A stretch of DNA of 64,000 nucleotides from Candidatus Bathyarchaeota archaeon (GTDB lineage: Archaea; Thermoproteota; Bathyarchaeia; Bathyarchaeales; Bathycorpusculaceae), in contig CAVZIW010000003.1 in assembly GCA_963775465.1 (NCBI GenBank), positions 96,001 through 160,000 on the forward strand, read 5' to 3'. The notes beneath the pieces are model-generated. The model ran no database searches. It was not told the origin of the DNA and was given only the letters and a program-made list of their open reading frames with translations. This document shows, piece after piece, positions 1 through 8,170 of the stretch. The position numbers and the translations under genes were made by a program. Positions within the stretch are counted from its first letter, which is position 1, and each line of letters opens with the position of its first letter.

Positions 1-656
1 TGGTTTTGTTCGCTTAAGCTCTGTAAATCGTTTATGGCAGCGCGAACGTCACCGCGACTGTTCTTGGCAATTCTCTCGAGTGCTTCAAACTCTGCTTTAA
101 CATGCTCTAGAAGACAAATCTTTTGTAGCAGTGCGATGATTAGTGGAATCCGCACTTGTTGAAAGCGTACTAGCAAACAGACCTTCTTTAGGGGTCGTAG
201 TTTGCTTATATCGGGGTCGTTTGCAGCCATTATGACTGGCACAAGGGATTCTTCTACTATCTGGATTATTGCGCTTACTCCACCTCTGTCTTGGTTTCCT
301 GCGATCCCATCTACTTCATCAAGAAAAAGCATGTTTCCTCTGGTTTTAGTTGTTCCTGAAAAATTGTCAAGTGCCCTGTATGAGGTTGCTGGTTTGGCTA
401 CAGCGTTAACTGCTTTTTCGGAGCGGGTATCGCTGGCGTTCATTTCGATTATGGTAAAGTTATATTCTTTTGCAGAGGCATTAACCAACGCGGTTTTTCC
501 CACACCTGGGGGGCCATAAAGCAGTACTGCTTTTTTGTTGTGACGTTTGTTTTGTAACCATTCTGTAAAAGTTGCTTTAGCTTCTTCGTTTCCTATGATG
601 TCTTGTATCTTTGTGGGGCGGTATTTTTCAACCCATAGAATTTCATTTCTCAGCAT
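1..656 (-). CDS. rfcL: Replication factor C large subunit (5' part; runs off window start)
   Basis: Manual translation from ATG at 656: MLRNEILWVEKYRP..., Walker A GPPGVGKT, EMNASD, FLDEVDGIAG; overlaps the rfcS stop. Not in the ORF track. Confidence 0.93.
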   Translation of the reverse strand, partial: MLRNEILWVEKYRPTKIQDIIGNEEAKATFTEWLQNKRHNKKAVLLYGPPGVGKTALVNASAKEYNFTIIEMNASDTRSEKAVNAVAKPATSYRALDNFSGTTKTRGNMLFLDEVDGIAGNQDRGGVSAIIQIVEESLVPVIMAANDPDISKLRPLKKVCLLVRFQQVRIPLIIALLQKICLLEHVKAEFEALERIAKNSRGDVRAAINDLQSLSEQN

Positions 657-1650
657 ATTTTTCCTCTAGATTTTTTCCGAATTTTGCAAATTGTGCTAAA
701 AGAGCACTTAGTTGAATGTCGCTGTTGGCGCCCTGAGTTAGGCGATAATCGTATTCACCGATCAAGCCGGATAAGTCAGCTTTTTGTTCTGGTGTTAAAT
801 CTGACATTTTAAAGATTTCGCGTTGCACTTGTCGTATGATTTCTGAGCCCGAAAATCCAAAGTTGCCCATGATGTCATACATGGTTTTTCGTGCTTCAAT
901 GAAGTCGCCGTACAAAGCTTTGCGAATCATTTTTTGTACTAGCATGGGACTTGCTTCTCCGATTACCAACAAAACTGTTTTTTCGTCAACTATGCCTTCT
1001 TTGTAGGCTGAAGCGGTTTGTAGGGCATTAATAGCGTGTCTTAAGTCGCCCTCCGCGTAATCTGCAATTTTTTCTGTAGCTTCAGGAAGCAGAGTGATGT
1101 TTTCTTTTTTAGCGATGCATTGTAGTTGGTCTTTCATTGCTTGGCGATCTACGCGTGAGAAACGGAAAATGGCGCATCGACTTTGGATGGGCTCGATAAT
1201 TTTGCTTGATTGATTGCATATTAGGATGAATCTTGATGTGCGAGAGCCTATTTCCATAATTCGGCGAAGTGCGGTTTGTGCTGGACCTGTCATTTGATCG
1301 CATTCGTCGAGGATAATTAGGGCGAAAGGTATCTCTCCGAACCCTGAACGACTGTAACGTGAGAAATCTTTGATTCGGTCACGGACAGTGTCGATGCCTC
1401 TTTCATCAGAAGCGTTAAGCTCCAGTGTGAAGTTTTTCCAATTTGCTCCGTATAATTCATGTGCAATGGCAAGGGCAATGGTGGTTTTGCCTGTGCCTGG
1501 GATGCCCGCTAACATTAGATGTGGCATAGTTTTGGGTTTTTTCATGAACGCCTTGAGGCTTTCCACGATGTCTTTTAAGCCGACGACCTCGTCAAGGCAT
1601 TTTGGTCGATATTTTTCAACCCACATAAGTGTTTCTTCGTTAGTTGCCAT
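643..1650 (-). CDS. rfcS: Replication factor C small subunit (no intein)
   Basis: WVEKYRP, GIPGTGKTT, ELNASDERG, DECD, IQSRC motifs; likely start MATNEET at 1650. Confidence 0.96.
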   Translation of the reverse strand: MATNEETLMWVEKYRPKCLDEVVGLKDIVESLKAFMKKPKTMPHLMLAGIPGTGKTTIALAIAHELYGANWKNFTLELNASDERGIDTVRDRIKDFSRYSRSGFGEIPFALIILDECDQMTGPAQTALRRIMEIGSRTSRFILICNQSSKIIEPIQSRCAIFRFSRVDRQAMKDQLQCIAKKENITLLPEATEKIADYAEGDLRHAINALQTASAYKEGIVDEKTVLLVIGEASPMLVQKMIRKALYGDFIEARKTMYDIMGNFGFSGSEIIRQVQREIFKMSDLTPEQKADLSGLIGEYDYRLTQGANSDIQLSALLAQFAKFGKNLEEKYAEK

Positions 1651-1742
1651 TAAAGTAACCTTCAACAATGAGTAATACAATACCTTATTTTACGATTAAT
1701 TTATCTTTTCCCCAGAAAGAAAACTAACTGCTTCTACAGAAA

Positions 1743-2084
1743 TTAGCCTATTATGCTGCCTTCAGCTATGTCTTTTTCAGGTTGTAAAATTGAAACGTTG
1801 CCGGTGGAATCTTCAGCTGCTAAAATCATGCATTGCGATTCAATGCCTGCTATCATGCGGTGCTGCAAGTTTAGGAGAAAAACGCATTTTTTGCCCACTA
1901 ACTCTTCGGGCTTATAAAACTTAAGTAGACCTGCAACTGCTTGGCGCTTTTCATTGCCGAAGTCGGCGAGAATTTTGATCAGTTTTTTTGAGTCTGATAC
2001 TTGGGTTGCTTCGATTATTTTTCCGATGCGAAAGTCGAATTTTTCAAATTCGGTAAATAAGACTTCTTCTGTTAACGTGTTCAC
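1743..2084 (-). CDS. Stand-alone tRNA-binding OB-fold protein (Trbp111/CsaA/MetRS C-terminal-like)
   Basis: FEKFDFRIGKIIEA...KKLIKILADFG...GIESQCMILAA; likely GTG start at 2084 (ORF track extends to 2192). Confidence 0.88.
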   Translation of the reverse strand: MNTLTEEVLFTEFEKFDFRIGKIIEATQVSDSKKLIKILADFGNEKRQAVAGLLKFYKPEELVGKKCVFLLNLQHRMIAGIESQCMILAAEDSTGNVSILQPEKDIAEGSIIG

Positions 2085-2188
2085 GTCCCTGGCGTAGTTA
2101 GTTTCTTTTTGGATATTTACTTTGCTTTTTTCGCAAAAAGGCTTTCTTGAGTTTTTTGAATGTAGAATTTCTCTTCTATGTTTGTCTT

Positions 2189-2863
2189 TCAAGCTTTAGC
2201 CTTTTTTTGTTTTCGTATTGCTTTAGGATTTTCAGGTTTGAATTGTTTCAAATAGTCTTCAAGCGATTTTCGGCGCACTTCAAGAGTGATATCGCCTCGG
2301 GTGGTTTCGATTATTCTTCGGGCAATGTCTTGTTTATGCCGAAGACCTGGAACCAGCATGTAAGCTTCATCCAAAGCTAATAATTCAATGAAAACTTGAT
2401 CCATTATGTTTAGGCATTCTTCGCCTCCCTTTACATCATCTTCCCGTAACTTGTCTAGCGCCAAACGCCTATATTCACCGATAACGTCTGCCAAACCTAG
2501 CACGTAATCGACCGAGGAGACTCTAATCTCTTCTGGTGTGATAAATCGCTCTTCTAAAATTAAAGTCAGAAAGATGTTGGCTTCCGCGTATTCTTGCAGC
2601 GCCGCGGTAAACATGCCACTGTATACTATCTCTGGGTATTGTTTAGCTTTGGCTTGAAGGTTTAGAATAAAATCTTTAGCGGCAGAAATCATTTCTTTTG
2701 CTTCTGTGATCTTTTTTTGGTGAATTAGCAAGATAGTTTGTTTTGAAAGGCTTGTAGCTTTGCGCATGCTCTCATGAGTTTCTTCTCGAAGCTGATTTTT
2801 CTCCATAAGATCGGCTTTTATTTTTTGTAGTACTTTTTCCAAAGAGGACAAAAAAAACACCAC
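2189..2863 (-). CDS. Translin-family protein
   Basis: ALQEYAEA, DYVLGLADVIGEYRR, GLRHKQD motifs of archaeal translin/Trax homologues. Confidence 0.88.
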   Translation of the reverse strand: MVFFLSSLEKVLQKIKADLMEKNQLREETHESMRKATSLSKQTILLIHQKKITEAKEMISAAKDFILNLQAKAKQYPEIVYSGMFTAALQEYAEANIFLTLILEERFITPEEIRVSSVDYVLGLADVIGEYRRLALDKLREDDVKGGEECLNIMDQVFIELLALDEAYMLVPGLRHKQDIARRIIETTRGDITLEVRRKSLEDYLKQFKPENPKAIRKQKKAKA

Positions 2864-3050
2864 ATGTAGAATGCTACTTTAGCTATTTATTTCAATCACC
2901 AGAATAAGCCCAATTATCTATCATAACTTTTCAATTGATTTATTATCTATTGATTAAATAAACTCAATTGAGCGATTGAGCGACTAATGTTATCGCCTAA
3001 ATTTTAGTAAAATTGGCTATTTTGTGCAAAGGATTTGTCGAAATTGCAAA

Positions 3051-3060
3051 CTTTTAAATA
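3051..3060 (+). promoter_or_regulatory. Putative archaeal TATA box (CTTTTAAATA) of beta-propeller gene 1
   Basis: TTTAAATA preceded by an A-rich BRE-like stretch about 50 nt upstream of the ATG; AGGAG RBS near 3092. Confidence 0.45.
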
Positions 3061-3106
3061 CCCTGTTAGTTGACCTAGATTTTGCAAAAACAGGAGAAAA
3101 TTAAAA

Positions 3107-5719
3107 ATGGAATTTTGCAAAAACAAAAAAATCTCTATTGCAATCGTAATATTGCTAACAGTTTCAATGGCAGCTTCGATGATGCTAGTGCCCACCACTT
3201 CTGCTCATGATCCCGCTTGGGATATAACAACTAATGCTTACATAGCAGCTAACCCCAATCCTATAGGCGTCGGTCAGTCAAGCCTTATCTACTTATGGTT
3301 AAACAGAGTCTACGATGGTGCAGCAATCGGCAACGAAAATAGGTTCCACAACTACAAACTCACTATAACCGCCCCTGATGGAACAGTTACAACCCAAACT
3401 TTTGATACCATCGAGGATACAACATCTAACCAAGGCTATCGTTTTACCCCTGATCAAGTCGGAACATACAACCTTACCTTCAATTTCCCTGGACAAAACA
3501 TAAACGACTATACCCATAATGCTAACTCGCAATATGTAAACGACACATACTTGCCCAGCAGCGCAACAACAACACTAATTGTTCAAGAAGAAGCAATTTC
3601 ATACTTGCCTCTAACACCTTTGCCAACCGAGTATTGGACTCGACCCATATACGGCGAGAACACCAACTGGTTTACTATATCCTCTAACTGGCTTGGCAGC
3701 GGGTCACCCGGCTACGGTGGCTTCTCAAATAGTTACAACTCAGGCGGAAACGGTATGCTAGTAAGCCCACAAGATGCAGTTGGACCAATGACCTCTCACA
3801 TAATGTGGACTAGACCATATGAAACAGGCGGAGTAGTTGGAGGAGACAACTTTGCAATCCAAGGTGACACATACTTCGAAGGCTCAGCATACAACCAAAG
3901 ATTTACAAACCCACTAATTGTGAACGGCAAACTCTACTACACACAAACAACATCTTTCGTAGTGTCCTTCTTCGGAGCCTCAGGACCACTTACATGTGTT
4001 GATCTCCGAACAGGAGAACTCATATGGCAAAGAGATGATGTTCCCGCAATCAGTTTTGCCTACATCTATGATGTTCAAGATCCTAACCAACACGGTGTTT
4101 ACCCAGCAATACTCTTCACAAGCAACTTTGGACGCGCTTTTGACGCAGACACAGGAAACCCATTGTTCAACGTAACTGGTGTGCCATCAGCAAATCAATA
4201 CTCAATGGCACTTGGTCCACAGGGAGAGCAGCTACGGTTCATTTTAACAAATAAGGGAACGCGTAGTAGTCCAGATTGGTATCTGGCCGAATGGAACTCC
4301 TCTAAGCTTTGGAGTTACACTGGTTTGTCTCCATCCATTTCGGGCACAACCGACGGTAGCACTCCCGACCGATATGACTGGAATGTCTCAGTTTCAGCTC
4401 TTAACTCAGAAGGATCAATAACTGTGGTTCGCGCATTATACAACGATGTACTTCTATGCTACAGCGGAACATTACCCTCCCAAGGAGCCACTTTCATGGG
4501 TACATTGGGCTTCAATGACTACACATACTATGCCATCAGTCTCGCTGAAGGTCACCAAGGCAGTCTTCTATGGTCAAACACACTTAAGCCACCAGCAGGC
4601 AACCTTACTGTAATGGAATCTGGTGTTGACCCAATAAACCGAGTCTTCACTGAAACTCTAAGAGAAACCAACAATTTTGTCGGCTACAACTTAGATACAG
4701 GCGCAAAAATGTGGGGACCAACACCACCTCAAGTAGCTCTTGACTACTACGGTAGCCCATCTTCAGGCAGCATAACCGATACAATAGCATACGGTAAACT
4801 ATACGCCATGGGTTACGGAGGTATAGTCTACTGCTATGATACAAACACAGGCGATCTCCTCTGGACATATGGCAACGGCGGAGAAGGCAACAGCACAAAC
4901 AGCGGCTTTGAAGTACCAGGCCACTACCCAATATTCGTTCAAGCCATCGGCAACGATGTTGTATACCTCGCCTCTTCAGAGCACACAGTCGAAACCCCAA
5001 TCTACAAAGGCGCACTAGCACGAGCTATCAACGCAACAACCGGCGAAGAAATCTGGACTCTCTCAAGCTATACTGGCGAGTTCTTTGCCATGAGCTATGC
5101 AATTGCCGACGGTTACGCAACCTGGTTCAACGGCTATGACAACCAAATCTACAGCGTAGGCAAAGGACCAACAACTCTAAACGTAGAAGCACCCACACTT
5201 GCTAGCACACTGGGCTCAAGCCTCGTGATTCGCGGTTCACTATACGATGTTTCCGCAGGCACACAACAAAACGAGCAAGCTAGTCGCTTTACAAAAGGCG
5301 TTCCATGCGCTTCCGATGCAAGCATGAAAGGCTGGATGGGCTATGTTTATCAACAACAGGTATTACCAAGCAACTTCATGGGTGTTGATGTTACAATCGA
5401 TGTCCTTGACTCTAACGGCAACTACCGCAACATTGGAACTGCAACTACTGACGCAAGCGGAGCATACACTTTAACATGGATGCCCGATATTCCTGGAGAC
5501 TACCTGGTTGTTGCTACTTTCCATGGCACAAACGGTTACTGGCCATCATACGCAGAGACAAGTTTCACAGTTGATCCAGCAGCGCCAACAGCAGCGCCGA
5601 CAGAAGCACCGCCACAATCAACAGCTGACATGTACTTTGTACCTGCAATCGCTGGTCTATTCGTTTTGATCATTATAGTACTAGTCTTAGTATTATTAGT
5701 GCTCAGAAAACGACCATAA
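3107..5719 (+). CDS. Secreted, C-terminally anchored PQQ-binding-like beta-propeller protein (paralog 1)
   Basis: N-terminal signal peptide, Ig-like N-domain, repeated D/NxxTGxxxW blades, Pro/Ala/Thr linker, C-terminal TM helix followed by RKRP. Confidence 0.8.
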   Translation: MEFCKNKKISIAIVILLTVSMAASMMLVPTTSAHDPAWDITTNAYIAANPNPIGVGQSSLIYLWLNRVYDGAAIGNENRFHNYKLTITAPDGTVTTQTFDTIEDTTSNQGYRFTPDQVGTYNLTFNFPGQNINDYTHNANSQYVNDTYLPSSATTTLIVQEEAISYLPLTPLPTEYWTRPIYGENTNWFTISSNWLGSGSPGYGGFSNSYNSGGNGMLVSPQDAVGPMTSHIMWTRPYETGGVVGGDNFAIQGDTYFEGSAYNQRFTNPLIVNGKLYYTQTTSFVVSFFGASGPLTCVDLRTGELIWQRDDVPAISFAYIYDVQDPNQHGVYPAILFTSNFGRAFDADTGNPLFNVTGVPSANQYSMALGPQGEQLRFILTNKGTRSSPDWYLAEWNSSKLWSYTGLSPSISGTTDGSTPDRYDWNVSVSALNSEGSITVVRALYNDVLLCYSGTLPSQGATFMGTLGFNDYTYYAISLAEGHQGSLLWSNTLKPPAGNLTVMESGVDPINRVFTETLRETNNFVGYNLDTGAKMWGPTPPQVALDYYGSPSSGSITDTIAYGKLYAMGYGGIVYCYDTNTGDLLWTYGNGGEGNSTNSGFEVPGHYPIFVQAIGNDVVYLASSEHTVETPIYKGALARAINATTGEEIWTLSSYTGEFFAMSYAIADGYATWFNGYDNQIYSVGKGPTTLNVEAPTLASTLGSSLVIRGSLYDVSAGTQQNEQASRFTKGVPCASDASMKGWMGYVYQQQVLPSNFMGVDVTIDVLDSNGNYRNIGTATTDASGAYTLTWMPDIPGDYLVVATFHGTNGYWPSYAETSFTVDPAAPTAAPTEAPPQSTADMYFVPAIAGLFVLIIIVLVLVLLVLRKRP
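5577..5692 (+). repeat. 116-bp perfect direct repeat, copy 1 (identical to 10782-10897)
   Basis: Base-by-base comparison of the linker/TM-coding ends of the two propeller genes. Confidence 0.93.
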
Positions 5720-5790
5720 GAAAACAAAAACAAAACAACAAACCCTCTTTCTTTTTTTGTTTTTTTGTATTTTCTCTTTTCTTCATTTAG
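5720..5790. terminator. A-rich/T-rich putative bidirectional terminator between convergent genes
   Basis: AAAACAAAAACAAAAC followed by long oligo-T tracts. Confidence 0.55.
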
Positions 5791-5875
5791 TTGACAGCGC
5801 TTCAGAAAACCTTGTTACTTACTGTCTTTTTAATGCATTTTCGGGCTTACTTTTGCAATAAGTTGGAAAATTTAG

Positions 5876-6859
5876 TTACATTGTAGAAATATTTTGCATT
5901 GGAGTCGGCCATTTTTCAGGAATTTTTCTCACACTAACCTCAAATTTGGTCACGCTTGATATACTCGAAATTTCATCTTGAATTCTAAACATTTGGTCTA
6001 AATCTCTTACCATTGCTGTTAATTGCATGTCGTAGTCCCCACTTGTTTTCGTAATTATTATCATATCCGGTATTTTGATGAATGATTCGATAATAGCTGA
6101 TGATGTGGTGGTCTGAGAAGCAAATGCTAAATTAAAGTCTAAGATTGCCCAATACCCAAGTTTTTCGGGATCAACTTGGATTGAAACTTTCATCGTTCCA
6201 TTTTTTCTCAGATTATTATACCTTCTGGCAACTGTATTGGTTGCTATCTTCATTTCCTTTGCAATTTGTGAGAATGACATCCTTCCGTTTTGTGTAAGTT
6301 TTTGGACTAATTCTTTATCTATTGCATCTACACTTGCTTTATCACTTGGTACTACCGCAACTAATTTTGAAAGTTCTTGGAAGATTGTACTGTTTTCTCT
6401 TGAGGAATTATTAGTGTTAAGATTTTCAGGAATGTTTTTGACACTTGTCCATAAATAGGTTTTTAAATTTACAATTGGGAGTTTTTGTCTTATCATTTGC
6501 TTGACTTGATCCAATTCATTTAGATTTTGCAAGTTTGTTATTGCTCTAATATTGTATATGCTATTGTATTGGCGGTAGGCCTGGATCTCACTTATTGTTC
6601 CTATGTAGTCCATAATTTGATTTATTTGGTGAGCATCTACACTTATGAGTAGCGTAGCTAAAGCAGCATAACCTAAATGTACAAAATTAACTTGAGTTGT
6701 AGCTCCTTTAATGACTCCTTTTTTTTCCAGACCCTTATATCTTTTCCAAATTTTATTTGTTGACGCATCACATTGTTTGGCTAATTCATCAAAACCCATT
6801 CGCCCATCTTTCAATAGCTCTCGCAATATTTTTGCGTCCAGTTCGCTAATTTCAGGCAA
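5876..6859 (-). CDS. Lrp/AsnC-family regulator with two tandem HTH-RAM units
   Basis: ELDAKILRELLKDGRMGFDELAK and DAIDKELVQKLTQNGRMSFSQIAK HTHs; likely TTG start at 6859 after GAGGT. Confidence 0.88.
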   Translation of the reverse strand: MPEISELDAKILRELLKDGRMGFDELAKQCDASTNKIWKRYKGLEKKGVIKGATTQVNFVHLGYAALATLLISVDAHQINQIMDYIGTISEIQAYRQYNSIYNIRAITNLQNLNELDQVKQMIRQKLPIVNLKTYLWTSVKNIPENLNTNNSSRENSTIFQELSKLVAVVPSDKASVDAIDKELVQKLTQNGRMSFSQIAKEMKIATNTVARRYNNLRKNGTMKVSIQVDPEKLGYWAILDFNLAFASQTTTSSAIIESFIKIPDMIIITKTSGDYDMQLTAMVRDLDQMFRIQDEISSISSVTKFEVSVRKIPEKWPTPMQNISTM

Positions 6860-6965
6860 TGACCTCAATTGATTTTTCAACACTTTTACGAATTTAATTT
6901 TTTTGATAGGTATTTCAGTTATATCAAATATTGGAATAAATTTCGAATAGAGCGAGTTATTTTTC

Positions 6966-7940
6966 TTAGAATGTGGAAATATATTGTTTTGGAGAGGGCC
7001 ATTTATCAAACAACAGTCTCGATATGTCGGTTTCTATGTTATTTATCCCTTCGATTCTTCCAATCTCGTCTTGGATAAACAGCAATTGCTCCAAATTCTG
7101 AATCATTGCATATATTTCAAAATCATAATCACCGGTTGTTTTCATAATGCTTATGACGTCAGGTATTGCGCTAATTTTCTTGATAATTTGTGACCCTTCT
7201 TTCTCAGAGGCAACTATAAAGAAGATGCATAATGCCTGATAGCCAATTTTTGCAGGGTCGATTTGAATTGTTACTTTTAATGCACCAATATTCTTTAAAT
7301 TTTCAAATTTTCTTCTAGCAGTCGCAGTTGAGATGCCGATTTTTTTTGCGAGCAACTGCATTGATATCTTGCCATCCTCCGCGAGTTTGTCTACCATTTT
7401 TTGGTCTATTTCATCAATGATGCTCTTCGAAAAATTAATTTTAGTTCGATTACTTTTTGGTTCATTGGCTTTTTTTCGATTATCGTCAATTATTGCTAAG
7501 TTTTCGTTCATCTCTCTTACGTCTGTCCAGATGATGGTTTTCATTTCAGAAACAGAAAACATTCTTTTTATGGTATCTTTAATAGTATTCAGTTGTTCGA
7601 GAGTTCTTAGTGTTGTAATCATTCCTATTTTGTCTTTAATTCCTCTAGTGTAAAAGGCATAGACCTCTGGTACTCCTTTCAAGTATTCAAGCAGCTGGTC
7701 TGCTTGTTCTGGTTTAACAGTTACTAAGATGTTTGCAACTGCCTCAAAACCAAAAAGTCTGTAATTAATATGGATTGTTGATCCTTTGATTATACCTGCT
7801 TTTTTCAATTTTTGATAGTTAATTTTTACTGTTTCTTTACGTGAACCTATTTTTTGGGCTATTTCATTCACGTTCTTTCGTCCATCAACTATTAACTCTT
7901 TGAGAATTTTAGCCTGAATAGCAGTAATTCGAATTGATAA
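6966..7940 (-). CDS. Lrp/AsnC-family regulator with two tandem HTH-RAM units; true start uncertain/non-canonical
   Basis: Second HTH DEIDQKMVDKLAEDGKISM; the first HTH (IQAKILKELIVDGRKNVNEIAQKIG) extends upstream of the GTG at 7871 in an open frame with no ATG/GTG/TTG. Confidence 0.82.
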   Translation of the reverse strand, partial: LSIRITAIQAKILKELIVDGRKNVNEIAQKIGSRKETVKINYQKLKKAGIIKGSTIHINYRLFGFEAVANILVTVKPEQADQLLEYLKGVPEVYAFYTRGIKDKIGMITTLRTLEQLNTIKDTIKRMFSVSEMKTIIWTDVREMNENLAIIDDNRKKANEPKSNRTKINFSKSIIDEIDQKMVDKLAEDGKISMQLLAKKIGISTATARRKFENLKNIGALKVTIQIDPAKIGYQALCIFFIVASEKEGSQIIKKISAIPDVISIMKTTGDYDFEIYAMIQNLEQLLFIQDEIGRIEGINNIETDISRLLFDKWPSPKQYISTF

Positions 7941-8170
7941 GACTAATACCCCTTTTGAATTGATTGACTCTTTGATAACGATTAATGACTGTATAATTCT
8001 TTCTATTTTACCCTTTTTCAGAGACTTTTGCGAATAACAGTATTGCTCAAACAGGCTACTTTTTTGACAAAATGGCGATTTATTTCCGGGATTTATTATC
8101 TTAATAAATGCTTAAATACGGGCTTCACTAATCAATAACTTTTACCGAGAAAAAGGAGAAAAGAGAAAAA

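Noticed and set aside
643-1650. Intein in rfcS (a common archaeal intein host)
   Set aside because: Protein is normal length with contiguous motifs.
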